A stretch of DNA of 64,000 nt from an uncultured Holophagales bacterium (GTDB lineage Bacteria; Acidobacteriota; Thermoanaerobaculia; Multivoradales; UBA5704), in contig CAWJGT010000003.1 of NCBI GenBank assembly GCA_963842525.1, positions 1,152,001 to 1,216,000 on the forward strand. The letters are read 5' to 3'. Below the pieces are notes generated by a model. It had not been told where the DNA came from and made no database searches. It saw only the letters and a list, made by a program, of their open reading frames with translations. Of this stretch, positions 40,230 to 50,932 are shown in pieces; within the stretch, counting starts at the first letter, position 1; the number at the start of each line of letters is the position of its first letter. Position numbers and translations under genes: made by a program.

Positions 40230-41280
40230 GGCCCTCAATCGGATCGACGAAGTCCGCTTCGGCGCTGGTGAGGGCGAGGATCTCGACCAGCTCGTTCACC
40301 AGGTCGACCTTGAAGACGTCCTCGGACTTGCAGACCGGGCACTTCTCGAGGCTGCCGGCCGAGAGGTTCTCGCACTCGCGGCAGCGGACGCCGGGGATGC
40401 GCGCGTTGCGGATGACGGCCATCTTCTCGACCCGGCCGACCGCCGCGGCCTTGAGGACGTCCACGGGGCCGGTCACCGCCAAGCCGCCGCGGCAATACTC
40501 GGCCTTGATGCGTTCCCAAAGCTGCGTCTCCGCCTCGCGCTCGGCTTCGGTGAACAGCTCGAATGCTGCTTCAAAGACCGAATCGTCGCCGGCGCCCAGG
40601 TCGACGTTCTTCCGGCCCACCAGCTTGGCGGCCAGCGGAGGCGTCAGGGCGCCCTCGATCTCCAGCATCGTCTCCTGCGAGCCGACCAGCAGCAGGCGGC
40701 CGAACTCCTCCTTCTGATCGAGCTCGGTCAGGAAGTCGACGATCTCCTTGGCGTAGTGCATCAGCTCGTTGCTGCGCCGCCGGTCGTAACGCTTCTGTGA
40801 CCAGCCGCCCTTCTTCACGCTGTTCTTCACATCCCCTTTGATGCGGGCATCCTGATCGGGCCGCGCCGAGGTGACGAAGAAGACCCGGGAGGCCGTATTG
40901 TCCGCCGCCACCACGACGAAGTTCTCGTACTCGTCCTGGAGCTCGGCGATGGGCCGGATGTAGGGCGAGGAGTCGACCCAGATGTAGTCCTGGCCCGAGA
41001 CCGTGAGAGGGAAGGCGCGCACGAAATCGAGCGCCCAGCAGAGGAAGAGGGCGACCCCCTCCGTCGTCCAGGTGTGCTCGGCCAGCCATTTTTCGGCGAG
41101 CTTGAGGTTCTCCTCGAAGTGCTCCAGCTCTACCTGATTGTCCGCCAGAAGCGCCCGCAGGCTGTCGATCCGCGGCTTCAGACCGTCCAGCGACTCCGGG
41201 GCCGCGAGGTACAGGCTCACGAACGCACGCTCGGGCCCCGAGGTCTGGGCAAGCTCGCGCAAGTCGATATTGTTGAACAA
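40189..41280 (-). CDS. Bacterial archaeo-eukaryotic release factor-like (baeRF) protein with a Zn ribbon
   Basis: GGWSQKRY loop; CREC..CPVC; VAALLRY end; TTG start after GGAGGAGG. Confidence 0.85.
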   Translation of the reverse strand: MFNNIDLRELAQTSGPERAFVSLYLAAPESLDGLKPRIDSLRALLADNQVELEHFEENLKLAEKWLAEHTWTTEGVALFLCWALDFVRAFPLTVSGQDYIWVDSSPYIRPIAELQDEYENFVVVAADNTASRVFFVTSARPDQDARIKGDVKNSVKKGGWSQKRYDRRRSNELMHYAKEIVDFLTELDQKEEFGRLLLVGSQETMLEIEGALTPPLAAKLVGRKNVDLGAGDDSVFEAAFELFTEAEREAETQLWERIKAEYCRGGLAVTGPVDVLKAAAVGRVEKMAVIRNARIPGVRCRECENLSAGSLEKCPVCKSEDVFKVDLVNELVEILALTSAEADFVDPIEGLSQAGEVAALLRY

Positions 41281-41449
41281 GCGATCTCCTCCTCCCGCCT
41301 CCGGGCGGTGTGCGGCTGGCGCGAGCTGCAAGAAGCCGGCCAGGATGGGCATCCTGTAAAGGAACCGTAAACATTCTTTTTACAACAACTTGAAGACCCT
41401 GCCGGGCACCCTTGCGTAGAAAGAACCTAGCGGCGGGGCGGGACCGTGG

Positions 41450-43684
41450 ATGAGCCTCGGGTCGGCGTCTCCGCTGCGGAAACCCCTCATCATGCGGACG
41501 CTCACCCTGTTGTGCGCCGTTCACTGGCTCCTCGCCTTGGCGGCCTCGGCGCGCGCCCTCGCGGCGGACCAGCCCCTTCTGGAGGCGCGGGCCATTTCGG
41601 CTCCGATCGTTCTCGATGGCTGGCTGCGGGAGCCGGTCTGGAGCGAGGCGCCCGCTGCCGCGGGCTTCGTGCAGCGGGAGCCACAGGCCGGAGCGCCCGC
41701 CAGCGAGACCACCGAGGTGCGGATCGCCTACACCCCGTCGACCCTCTACATCGGCATCCGCGCCCTCGACTCGCAGCCGCGGGCTGTGGTGGCGCGCGAG
41801 ATGACGCCGGACGCCGACGTCACCAGCGACGACTCGGTCTCGGTGGTCCTCGACACCTTCCTCGACCGCCGCAACGGCTACTTCTTCGCCACCAACGCCA
41901 ACGGCGTGCGGACCGACGGGCTGATCACCAACGAAGGAGACGTCTTCGACATGGAATGGGACGGCCTCTGGGAGGTCGCGGCCCGGCGCACCGAGGACGG
42001 CTGGTCCGCCGAGATGGCGATTCCGTTCTCGACCTTCCGCTTCGATCCCGCGAAAGACGCGTGGGGGATGAACGTCCGCCGGCTGGTGCGCCGCAAGGCC
42101 GAGGAGGCCACCTGGGCGCCGCTCCCGCTCGAAGCCGACATCGCGCGCATGTCGCTCGCCGGCCGCCTCGCCGGGATCACCGGCATCTCGCCGGGTCTCG
42201 GCCTGCGCGTCAAGCCGTTCGCCGTGGCCTCGGGCCGCGAGTCGGCGCCTTCCCGGAAAGCCCTGGCACCTGGGACGGCCCCTGGGACGGAGCCGGAGTC
42301 CGTCACCGGTCAGGAGAGCGGGCTCGACCTCAAGTGGGGTGTCGGCCGTGGGCTGGCGCTCGACCTGACGGTCCATACGGACTTCGCCGAGTCCGAGGCG
42401 GACGAGCAGCAGGTCAATCTGTCTCGCTTCTCTCTGTTCCTGCCGGAGAAGCGCGAGTTCTTCCTGGAGAACGCCGGCATCTTCGACTTCGGGCCGCGCA
42501 CGCCATTCGGCCCCCAGCTCTTCCGGCCGTTCTTCTCGCGGCGCATCGGCCTCGGCGGCGACGGCCAGCCGGTCCCCATCGAATGGGGAGCACGCCTCAG
42601 TGGACGCACCGGTCCCTGGAGCGTCGGCCTGCTCGACGTCCAGACCGAGCCCTCCGCCGGCCGTACAGGTTCCGGGGAGAATTGGGGCGTCGCGCGCCTC
42701 CAGCGCCGGCTCGGCGACCGGGCGAGCCTCGGCGTGCTGTCGACCCGGCACGACGGACCCGAGGGGACCAGCCTCCTCTACGGCGTGGACGGCGACTACC
42801 AGCCCACCTCGCGGCTCAAGGTGCGGAGCTTCTGGGCGATGTCCGACGATCCCACCCAGGGGAGCGACATGGCGGGCGGCCTCGGCGCCGTCTACCGCGG
42901 CCCGAAGTGGCGCTGGAGCCTCGACACTCTGGAGATCGGCGACGGCTTCGATCCTGAGATGGGCTTCCTGTTGCGCAAGGGCATCCGGCGCTACGCCTCC
43001 AGCCTGACCTGGGTGCCGCGGCCGGCGATCCCGCACGTCCGCAACCTCTACCTCGAGGGGCGGAACGAGGTCTATACCAATCTCGCGGGCGAAATCGATT
43101 CGATGTACACCGGCCTGGACCTCTTCTCCCTGCGGACCAAGTCGGACGACGTCTTCGGCGTCTACTCGTTCCATACCTTCGAGCGGCTGGACGAGCCCTT
43201 CGAGATGCACCGCGGGGCCGAAGTCCCTGCCGGAGAGCATCGCTTCGATCAGGCTGGAGTCTGGTTCGAGACCAATGCCTCGCGGCCGGTGTCGGTCAAC
43301 GCCTGGGCGGAAGGAGGAGCCTTCTACGACGGTGACCGGATGTCACACGGCGTGACCCTGCGGCTGAACCCCGGCCGGCATTTCCGCTCGCAGACGAGCT
43401 GGAGCCACAACGACATCGACCTGCCGTCCGGCGCCTTCGCCACCAACCTCGTCCGGCAGCGGCTCCAGTACGCCTTCACACCGGAGCTCTCGACCGCCGC
43501 CCTGGTGCAGTGGAGCGACGCGGCCGAGCTCCTGGGAGCCAACCTCCGCCTCGGCTGGACCTACCGTCCCGGCGCCGACCTCTTCCTGGTCCTCAATCAG
43601 ACCTGGGACGCGCCAGGCCTGGGCAGCCGCACGATGCGCGACCGGCAGGCGATTTTGAAGCTGACGTATCTGTTCGCGGTGTAG
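41450..43684 (+). CDS. CBM9-like plus DUF5916 outer-membrane protein
   Basis: PIVLDGWLREPVW, WSAEMAIPFSTFRF, DFAESEAD, PEKREFFLE; terminal LKLTYLF. Start may be 41491. Confidence 0.8.
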   Translation: MSLGSASPLRKPLIMRTLTLLCAVHWLLALAASARALAADQPLLEARAISAPIVLDGWLREPVWSEAPAAAGFVQREPQAGAPASETTEVRIAYTPSTLYIGIRALDSQPRAVVAREMTPDADVTSDDSVSVVLDTFLDRRNGYFFATNANGVRTDGLITNEGDVFDMEWDGLWEVAARRTEDGWSAEMAIPFSTFRFDPAKDAWGMNVRRLVRRKAEEATWAPLPLEADIARMSLAGRLAGITGISPGLGLRVKPFAVASGRESAPSRKALAPGTAPGTEPESVTGQESGLDLKWGVGRGLALDLTVHTDFAESEADEQQVNLSRFSLFLPEKREFFLENAGIFDFGPRTPFGPQLFRPFFSRRIGLGGDGQPVPIEWGARLSGRTGPWSVGLLDVQTEPSAGRTGSGENWGVARLQRRLGDRASLGVLSTRHDGPEGTSLLYGVDGDYQPTSRLKVRSFWAMSDDPTQGSDMAGGLGAVYRGPKWRWSLDTLEIGDGFDPEMGFLLRKGIRRYASSLTWVPRPAIPHVRNLYLEGRNEVYTNLAGEIDSMYTGLDLFSLRTKSDDVFGVYSFHTFERLDEPFEMHRGAEVPAGEHRFDQAGVWFETNASRPVSVNAWAEGGAFYDGDRMSHGVTLRLNPGRHFRSQTSWSHNDIDLPSGAFATNLVRQRLQYAFTPELSTAALVQWSDAAELLGANLRLGWTYRPGADLFLVLNQTWDAPGLGSRTMRDRQAILKLTYLFAV

Positions 43685-43790
43685 GCCCTGTGTCGCACCA
43701 GAGCCGCGCGCCCAGCCGGTCTAGGTCTGCATGCAGATACTTCTCCGTCGCTTGCCCGACCCGGGCAACCTTGGATATGTTTCCGGGATG

Positions 43791-45239
43791 CCGCTCATTG
43801 CAGACACCATCACAGCCTTTCCCATGCCTCCAAATGCATACCCGCCTGTGCCAGGCGGTGGTTTGGTGGCGACTCTGGTCGATCGTGTTGCGGTGGACCC
43901 GTTCAATGCGCTCGCTACGGGGATCTTCATCCTGGCAATCGTGCATACATTCTTGGCGGCACGGTTCGCCGTGCTGGCCCATAGCGTCCAGAGCCGGGCC
44001 GACAGGCGTTCGCGTTCCGAAGGCCGGCCGGCGGTACCCAGCGTCCTCGCGGAGCTCTTGCATTTCCTTGGGGAGGTCGAGGTCGTGTTCGGGCTCTGGG
44101 CTATTCCTCTTCTCGCCGCCCTGGTGGCCTATGGCGGATGGCACCAGGCGACGCATTACCTGAACGACACTGTAAACTACACGGAACCGCTGTTCGTAAT
44201 CGTGATCATGGCCCTCGCTTCCACCCGGCCGATCGTCGGCCTGGCAGAATCGTCTCTGCGCCGTATCGCGGCTTTGGGCGGCCGCACACCTGGTGCCTGG
44301 TGGTTTGTGATCCTGACGATCGGACCTGTGCTGGGATCGTTCATCACCGAGCCGGCCGCAATGACGATCTGTGCGCTCCTGCTTGGACGGCAGTTTTACG
44401 ACCTCAATCCCAGCCCACGGTTGAAGTACGCGACTCTGGGGCTGCTATTCGTCAATGTCTCTGTCGGGGGTACGCTTACGCATTTCGCAGCGCCGCCTGT
44501 TCTGATGGTGGCACGGCCGTGGGGCTGGGACACTCTGTTCATGCTTAGGCATTTCGGATGGCGTGCGATGATCGCCGTGGCCGGATCGACTCTGATCTAT
44601 TCCTTGATCTTTCGGCGCGAGTTTCGGCGGTTGGCCTCGCGTCCGCCTGTACCGGATATCGAGCAGCCCGAACGTCCTGACGGCGCGAGCAAGCCCGCGG
44701 CGCTCCTGCCGGTGCCGATCTGGGTGACGGTGATCCATGTGCTCTTCATGGCCTGGACCGTGCTGAATGCGCACTACCCGGCTCTCTTCATCGGTGGATT
44801 CCTCTTCTTCCTGGGCTTCTTGCGGGCCACCGCGGCCTATCAGAGCCAGGTCGACTTGAAAGCACCCTTGCTGGTGGGCTTCTTTCTCGGCGGGCTGGTG
44901 ATCCACGGGGGTCTTCAGGCCTGGTGGATCGCGCCGGTGCTCGCGAGTCTGTCCGAGACACCGCTGTTCTTCGGGGCTACCGTGCTCACCGCGTTCAACG
45001 ACAATGCCCTGATCACTTATCTTGCCACGCTCGTGCCCAATCTCAGCGAGTCTTTGAAGGTGGCGGTGGTGGGAGGGGCAGTCACGGGCGGCGGCTTGAC
45101 GGTGATTGCGAATGCCCCGAATCCGGCCGGCCAGGCGATCCTGGGCCGATTCTTTGGCGGTGTGATCGAGCCGCTCAAGCTGGTGCTTGCGGCTCTCATT
45201 CCTACGTTGGTGGCGATCTTGATATTCCAAGCGCTGTAG
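43791..45239 (+). CDS. Putative Na+/H+ antiporter (DUF1504-like)
   Basis: LGEVEVVFGLW, GSFITEPAAMT, DNALITY, GGGLTVIANAPNPAG. Start uncertain. Confidence 0.8.
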   Translation, partial: PLIADTITAFPMPPNAYPPVPGGGLVATLVDRVAVDPFNALATGIFILAIVHTFLAARFAVLAHSVQSRADRRSRSEGRPAVPSVLAELLHFLGEVEVVFGLWAIPLLAALVAYGGWHQATHYLNDTVNYTEPLFVIVIMALASTRPIVGLAESSLRRIAALGGRTPGAWWFVILTIGPVLGSFITEPAAMTICALLLGRQFYDLNPSPRLKYATLGLLFVNVSVGGTLTHFAAPPVLMVARPWGWDTLFMLRHFGWRAMIAVAGSTLIYSLIFRREFRRLASRPPVPDIEQPERPDGASKPAALLPVPIWVTVIHVLFMAWTVLNAHYPALFIGGFLFFLGFLRATAAYQSQVDLKAPLLVGFFLGGLVIHGGLQAWWIAPVLASLSETPLFFGATVLTAFNDNALITYLATLVPNLSESLKVAVVGGAVTGGGLTVIANAPNPAGQAILGRFFGGVIEPLKLVLAALIPTLVAILIFQAL

Positions 45240-45256
45240 CCCGAGAAAAGGACCTG

Positions 45257-46171
45257 ATGGTCAACGAGACGGTCATTGCGGCGAGGCAGCTCGCCAAACA
45301 CTACGGCGGCGTCCGCGCGGTGGAAGGGCTGACCCTCGAGGTGCGCCGTGGCGAGGTCTACGGTTTCCTCGGGCGTAATGGTGCGGGCAAGACGACGACG
45401 ATCCGCATGCTGCTCGGGCTCATCCGGCCGACCTCCGGAGAGGTCACGCTGTTCGGCGTTCGCAGGCCGCGGAGCGGGGCCCGTGCCTTTGCGAAGATCG
45501 GCTATCTTGTCGAGATTGCCACGGCGTATCCAAACCTCACGGTGCGTGAGAATCTGGAGGTCCAGCGGCGCCTGATGCGCTCGCCGCCGTCAGCCGTCGA
45601 TGACGTCATCGAACTGCTGCATCTCGGAGCTTACGCGGACCGCAGGGCCGGCGCGCTCTCGCTCGGCAACAAGCAGCTTCTTTCGCTCGCTCGCGCGCTG
45701 CTGCACTCCCCCGAGCTGGTTGTCCTTGACGAGCCCGCCAACGCGCTCGACCCCGCGGGCATCGTCCGGGTGCGTGAGCTTCTGCGTGCTCTCGCAAGCC
45801 AGCGCGGTGTGACCGTGTTCATGTCGAGCCACATCCTCTCCGAGGTCGCGCATCTGGCCGACCGCATCGGCATCATTCATGAGGGGCGGCTTTTGGAGGA
45901 CCTCGCCATGGGCGAGCTCCAGGCGCGCAGCCGCAGCTACCTCGAGGTGCGCGTGTCCGATCTGCCCCGTGCCCGGGCACTCCTCGCGGAGCGGCTCGGA
46001 GCCGTGCGGATCGTTGAGCAGAGTGGGACGCTGCAGGTCTTCGGGGGAGCCGAGCTCGGTCCGGAGGTTGCGCGCGCGGTGGTGCAAGCCGGGCTGGATC
46101 TGCATTCCCTCACTCCTGTGGTCGAGGATCTCGAGTCGTACTTCCTGCGGCTGACGGGAGGCGAGGCGTGA
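45257..46171 (+). CDS. ABC transporter ATPase (BcrA/LanF-like)
   Basis: GRNGAGKTT, LSLGNKQ, LDEPANALDP, SSHILSE. Confidence 0.92.
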   Translation: MVNETVIAARQLAKHYGGVRAVEGLTLEVRRGEVYGFLGRNGAGKTTTIRMLLGLIRPTSGEVTLFGVRRPRSGARAFAKIGYLVEIATAYPNLTVRENLEVQRRLMRSPPSAVDDVIELLHLGAYADRRAGALSLGNKQLLSLARALLHSPELVVLDEPANALDPAGIVRVRELLRALASQRGVTVFMSSHILSEVAHLADRIGIIHEGRLLEDLAMGELQARSRSYLEVRVSDLPRARALLAERLGAVRIVEQSGTLQVFGGAELGPEVARAVVQAGLDLHSLTPVVEDLESYFLRLTGGEA

Positions 46172-46953
46172 CGCTCGCGACGGTCGCCGGCACGGAGTTG
46201 CTGAAGTTGCGACGCAGCAAGGTCACGTGGCTCACGTGGCTTGCGTTCTCCATCGCACCTCTGGTCGACGGTCTGTTCATGTGGATCCTCAAGGAGCCCG
46301 ACCGTGCCCGCGCACTCGGTCTGCTCGGCGCCAAGGCACAGATCGCCGGCGGGTCGGCGGATTGGCCGACGTTCGCCGCGGTGCTCGCACAGATGACGGG
46401 CGTGGGCGGGATGATCCTCACCGCGGTGATCACTGCGTATGTGTTCGGGCGGGAATATGCCGACGGCACGGCGAAGAACATGCTCGCGCTTCCGGTGCGG
46501 CGCGAGTCGTTCGTCCTCGCCAAGCTGGTGGTGGTGGCGCTGTGGTTCGCCGTGGTGGTGGCCGCGATGTTCGTCGAGGGTGTGGCCATCGGGCTCGCGC
46601 TCGATCTGCCGGGCTTCTCGCCGGGGCTTCTCAGCCGGGCGGTGCGCGACGTCGCGCTCTCCGCGGCCATGTGCTACCTGCTCGTCCCGCCGGTGGCGTG
46701 GATCGCGACGCTGGGACGCGGTTATCTTCCACCGCTCGGATTCGCGATTTTCACCCTCGTGCTCGGCAACGTCTTTGCGGCCACGGGCTGGGGGAAGTGG
46801 TTCCCCTACGCGATCGTGCCGCTCTATACCGGTATTGCGGGTCCCCGCGTGAGCCTGTTGGAGCCGGGCAGCTATGTGGTCGTGCTGCTGCTGTTCGCCG
46901 CCGGCGTCGCGGCTACTGTATGGCAGGTGCGCTCCGCTGATGACACGCAATAG
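46168..46953 (+). CDS. ABC-2 permease (BcrB/LanE-like)
   Basis: ELLKLRRS, FGREYADGTAKN; about six TM segments. Confidence 0.88.
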   Translation: MTLATVAGTELLKLRRSKVTWLTWLAFSIAPLVDGLFMWILKEPDRARALGLLGAKAQIAGGSADWPTFAAVLAQMTGVGGMILTAVITAYVFGREYADGTAKNMLALPVRRESFVLAKLVVVALWFAVVVAAMFVEGVAIGLALDLPGFSPGLLSRAVRDVALSAAMCYLLVPPVAWIATLGRGYLPPLGFAIFTLVLGNVFAATGWGKWFPYAIVPLYTGIAGPRVSLLEPGSYVVVLLLFAAGVAATVWQVRSADDTQ

Positions 46954-47076
46954 GGGATAGCTTCGGTAGGCCGGGCGGCCTTCCGAGGAGACCGTTCGCG
47001 GGCCAGCGCCTTGCGACCTCCGGCCGCCCTCGCGTAAAGCCCGCCCATCATGGCTCGGGATGACGTGGTGCGAGGG

Positions 47077-47577
47077 CTAGCGATGCTCAACCTTCACGCC
47101 GAACGCAGCAGCCCTTTCGGTGAGCTCGGACAGGAGATGCTTTGCCGCCGGCAGGAGGACTATCCGCCCGCCGAATGGGTGCGGTCGCCTCAGCTCGATA
47201 TCAACGACAGGCGAGCTCTTCCCTTCGAAGGCTCCGTTGATCACAACGCGCTGAACGTCCGGCCACCCGATGATCTCTTCGCGCAGATAGCTCGACACCC
47301 GAATGTTGTCAGCGTTGAGCGACACCTTCTTTAGACGCAGGCTCACCCTGAATGTGAAAAATAGCATGAGCAGCAGCAAGCCGAGGAGCAGAGTCTTGCC
47401 CCAGATTGGCGCCACGCTCGGATTCCATCGGAGCTTCGGTGACTCCGTGAACGCCAGAAAGTTGAAGTAGCTCATCAGCCCCAAACCGAGAGGCCACCCG
47501 AGCTTCACCAGTGGTGTCGTTAGGCCAGTGATTTGTACTTCAGTAGAATCGACCATGTCGCAACACCGAAGACACAC
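47077..47577 (-). CDS. Hypothetical membrane protein (start uncertain)
   Basis: Two TM segments followed by a PH-like beta region. Confidence 0.45.
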   Translation of the reverse strand: MCLRCCDMVDSTEVQITGLTTPLVKLGWPLGLGLMSYFNFLAFTESPKLRWNPSVAPIWGKTLLLGLLLLMLFFTFRVSLRLKKVSLNADNIRVSSYLREEIIGWPDVQRVVINGAFEGKSSPVVDIELRRPHPFGGRIVLLPAAKHLLSELTERAAAFGVKVEHR

Positions 47578-47775
47578 CCCCGCCAGACTGCCTATCGCAA
47601 GTCGGCGCTGTCGAGGCTTCGCGGAAGCAGTCCACGATCTCTCCTGTCCTCAAGGGCTTGTGGAAGGCTACATCGCTTTCGATTCCGCGTCAACGCTGTT
47701 GATGGGGAGATGCGGTTGAGAGGGACTTCGACGTGCTCCGCGTGGTGCCCTCATCCAGTAGGATCGGCTACGCCC

Positions 47776-48924
47776 ATGCGCTCTCTCACCCACATTCTGA
47801 TCGCCGGTGGCGGTATCGGTGGCCTGACGGCCGCCATCGCTCTGCGCTGCGCCGGCTTCGCGGTCCGCGTGTTCGAGCGCGCTCCGGAGATCCGCGAGGT
47901 CGGAGCGGGGCTCACCCTCCAGAGCAACGCCATCCTCGCCCTGCGGCGGATCGGTCTCGAGGAGGCGGCCGTGGCGAGCGGACGGGTGGTGGAGCGGGGG
48001 AGCATACGGGCGCCGGATGGCCGGTTCCTTTCCCGGGCTGATGTGCGCGAGGTCTCCCGTGAGGTCGGAGCGCCGAGCGTGGCGATCCACCGCGCGACGC
48101 TTCAGCGTCTCCTCCTGGAGGCTGCCGGTCCCGGCATCGTCGAGACCGGCCGGGAGGTCGCAGGCTATGAAATAAGGAAGGACGGGGTGGCCGTCCGCTT
48201 CCTGGACGGGAGCCGGGAGAACGGCTCCCTCCTTGTTGGCGCCGACGGCCTTCGCTCGGCCGTGCGCGCCCAGCTCCTGGCGGACGGCGAGCCGCTCTAC
48301 GCCGGATACACCTCCTGGCGCGGCGTGACGCCGGAGAGAGGCCCATCACCGAACGAGACGTCCGAGACCTGGGGCGCGGGCAGGCGCTTCGGCATCGTGC
48401 CGATCGAGCGCGGCCGGGTCTACTGGTTCGCCACCCTCAACACTCCCGCGGGAGGCCGCGACGAGCCCGGGCAGGCCCGCGCCGCGCTGCTGCGCCTTTT
48501 CGGAGGCTGGCACCCGCCGATCGCCTCACTCCTGGAGGCCACTCCCGAGGAGGCCATCCTGCGCAACGACATCCTCCACCGGATGCCGGTCTCGCGGTGG
48601 GGCGAGGGGCGGATGACCCTGCTCGGTGACGCTGCCCATCCCATGACACCCAACCTCGGACAGGGCGCCTGCCAGGCCATCGAAGATGCCGTCGTGCTCG
48701 CCGGAAGCCTGCGGGACGCTGCCGATCCGATCGCGGCGCTACGGCAGTATGAGGCCCGGCGCATCGCCCGCGCCAACGGCTTCGTCCTCGGCGCACTGCG
48801 GCTCGGCCTCATTGCCCAATGGGAGAACGGCACCGCGCGCTGGCTACGCGACCGCCTCGTCGCCTTGACGCCCGCCAGCGTCATGCACCGCCGGCTGGTC
48901 GGCTCGCTCGCGTTCGAAGGGTGA
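47776..48924 (+). CDS. FAD-dependent monooxygenase
   Basis: GGGIGG, VGADG, LLGDAAHPMTPNLGQGACQAIED. Confidence 0.92.
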   Translation: MRSLTHILIAGGGIGGLTAAIALRCAGFAVRVFERAPEIREVGAGLTLQSNAILALRRIGLEEAAVASGRVVERGSIRAPDGRFLSRADVREVSREVGAPSVAIHRATLQRLLLEAAGPGIVETGREVAGYEIRKDGVAVRFLDGSRENGSLLVGADGLRSAVRAQLLADGEPLYAGYTSWRGVTPERGPSPNETSETWGAGRRFGIVPIERGRVYWFATLNTPAGGRDEPGQARAALLRLFGGWHPPIASLLEATPEEAILRNDILHRMPVSRWGEGRMTLLGDAAHPMTPNLGQGACQAIEDAVVLAGSLRDAADPIAALRQYEARRIARANGFVLGALRLGLIAQWENGTARWLRDRLVALTPASVMHRRLVGSLAFEG

Positions 48925-48925
48925 A

Positions 48926-49423
48926 TCAACGCCGCGGCTCGGGCCGCTCGACCTGCGGCACGTGCCCGCGCTTGTAGACCATCACGGTACGTTGGAATTC
49001 GATGATCACGATGCCGTCCTGGTTGGTGCCCGTGGTCTTGAGCTTCACGATGCCGAGGTGCGGGCGCGAATGGGACTCGCGCGTCTCCAGGACCTCGCTC
49101 TGGGCGTAGACGGTGTCGCCCTCGAAGAGCGGGTGGGGGAGGCGGACCTCGTCCCAGCCGAGATTGATGCCATTCATGGAGACGTCGTTGACCGAAAGAC
49201 CGGTGACCAGCGCCAGGGTGAAGGTCGAGTCCACCAGCGGCCGTCCCCACTCGGTTTGGGCCGCGTAGGCGGCATCGAAATGAATGGGGTTGTTGTTGAC
49301 CGTCAGCAGGGTGAACCAGATGTTGTCCGCCTGGGTGACGGTCCGGCCGAGAGGATGGCGGTAGATATCCCCGACCTCGAAGTCCTCGTAGACGCGACCG
49401 GTCCAACCTTCCTTGACGCTCAT
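48926..49423 (-). CDS. MaoC-family dehydratase, copy 1
   Basis: YEDFEVGD..GRTVT..NPIHFD..PLFEGDT. Confidence 0.92.
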   Translation of the reverse strand: MSVKEGWTGRVYEDFEVGDIYRHPLGRTVTQADNIWFTLLTVNNNPIHFDAAYAAQTEWGRPLVDSTFTLALVTGLSVNDVSMNGINLGWDEVRLPHPLFEGDTVYAQSEVLETRESHSRPHLGIVKLKTTGTNQDGIVIIEFQRTVMVYKRGHVPQVERPEPRR

Positions 49424-50070
49424 GACGGCTGCGGCCTCCCGGCGGGATCAGGGCGGCGCAGCCTTCGGCCCACGGCCCAGAAGAGGCCGGCGACGAGGAG
49501 GACGAGGCCGAAGACCAGCGCCACGTTGTCGAGCCGCGCCGCGGTCGCGCCGGTCAGGGCGTAGATCAGGGCGGCGGGGAGGCTGCCGGCGACGGTGGCG
49601 GCGATCATCCGGCCCCAGCCCAGGGGTGAGGCGCCGGCGAGCACGGCCACGGTTTCGGCGAGGATCGGCACCGGACGGGTGACGAGGATCGCCAGGTCTC
49701 CCCACTGCCGGAGCAGGGCGCCGGCCCGCTGGCGCTCGTCTTCGGGCACCAGCCGGGCGTAGAGGGCGCCGCCCCGGCGGCCGATCGCGAACCCGAAGAG
49801 GCCCGCACCCACCGCTCCCGCCAGGGACAGCAGCGTGCCGCCCACCACGCCGAAGAGAGCTCCGTGCGCGATCATCACCAGGCTCGACGGCACCGGCAGC
49901 ACCACGTCGACGATCAGCAGGCCGATCCCGATCAACGCCGCTGTCGTGCCACCCCTTGACAGCCAGGGCGACGGATCGGTCAACAGCGGCACATGGAGAG
50001 CCTCGGCCAGCCCGAAGAGGGCGAGGAAGAGCGCCATCATCGCGCCGGTGAGCAACCAGAACCTTTTCAT
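49420..50070 (-). CDS. VTT/DedA (SNARE-associated) membrane protein
   Basis: DVVLPVPSS, GALFG, TRPVPILAE. Confidence 0.85.
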   Translation of the reverse strand: MKRFWLLTGAMMALFLALFGLAEALHVPLLTDPSPWLSRGGTTAALIGIGLLIVDVVLPVPSSLVMIAHGALFGVVGGTLLSLAGAVGAGLFGFAIGRRGGALYARLVPEDERQRAGALLRQWGDLAILVTRPVPILAETVAVLAGASPLGWGRMIAATVAGSLPAALIYALTGATAARLDNVALVFGLVLLVAGLFWAVGRRLRRPDPAGRPQPS

Positions 50071-50407
50071 GCCTGCGCTCCCGGACGGAACGGCACGCTC
50101 AGGCTGGTCGAGCTGATAGATCCTCGTTTCGAGCCCCTGGATGCGGGCCTCGATCCGCGCAACCTCCTCTTCGCTCTTGCCAGTCTTTTCCTTTTGGAGG
50201 TCGTCGATCCGCTGCCGCAGGTATTTGACGCGGTCGCGGAAGTAGGTGAATCCGTCGAAGACGCGGATCGCCGCCTGGGCCGTGACGGACGAGCTGTTGA
50301 AGGTGGGCAGGCGTCTCGTGTCCGGTCATCGGGTGCGTTCCTTTCCGAAGGACCCGACGATTCTAAGCCAGGAGTCGATGGACTGCTGACCTGGTGAGCC
50401 GATGAGC

Positions 50408-50700
50408 TTATTGGGGGGCCGGTGCGGGAGCGGCGCCGCTCGCCGGACGCTGCGGGGTGCTGCCGCCCACAGGCGGTGTCGCGCCACTTCCGGCAGGCGC
50501 CGGGGGGCTGGCGGGCGGGGTCGAGCTGGGGGATGCCGTGGAGCCGCCGGTGGTCGTCGAGGGTCTGGTGGGCGCGGGCGCCGGCGTGCTCGGCGCGGGG
50601 GGGGACGGCGCAGGCATGGTCAGCCTCTGGCTCAGGTCGCCGCGGCGCGCTGTTTCGGCCTGCGTCTGCGCGGCGAGGCGCGCGCGGCGCTCTTCGTCGC
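50408..50700 (-). pseudogene. Displaced duplicate of the 3' end of the 55820..57174 gene, with a different Pro/Ser/Thr tail
   Basis: About 50555-50695 is nearly identical to about 55928-56067. Confidence 0.85.
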
Positions 50701-50905
50701 GAGCGGCCGGGTTGTTGGCTGGGCGAGCATTCGGACGCCCGAGGGGAAGATCCTCTCCCGGGCCGGCATGGGCGAGGTCTCCCGCGAGGTCGATGCGCCC
50801 AGCGTCCAGCTTCGGGACGGGACCCGGGCAGCATCCTGGTGGGAGCCGAGGGCATCCGCTCCGCCGTCCGCGGCCAGCTCCTGGACGACGGCGAGCCTAT
50901 CTCGG
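50695..50905 (+). pseudogene. Degenerate internal fragment of the FAD monooxygenase gene
   Basis: VASGRVV..SIR.P.G..LSR...EVSREV.APSV and ..GIRSAVRGQLLDDGEPI match 47970-48300. Confidence 0.8.
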
Positions 50906-50932
50906 CAGGCCCTGGTGCGGTATCTTGTAGGT

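Noticed and set aside
45257-46953. ABC pair as dedicated immunity for the lanthipeptides
   Set aside because: It lies more than 13 kb away and the family is generic; nothing in the sequence links them.
47515-47530. Integron attC core site (GTTAGGC)
   Set aside because: No matching RYYYAAC inverse core or stem, and no integrase; it lies inside an ORF.
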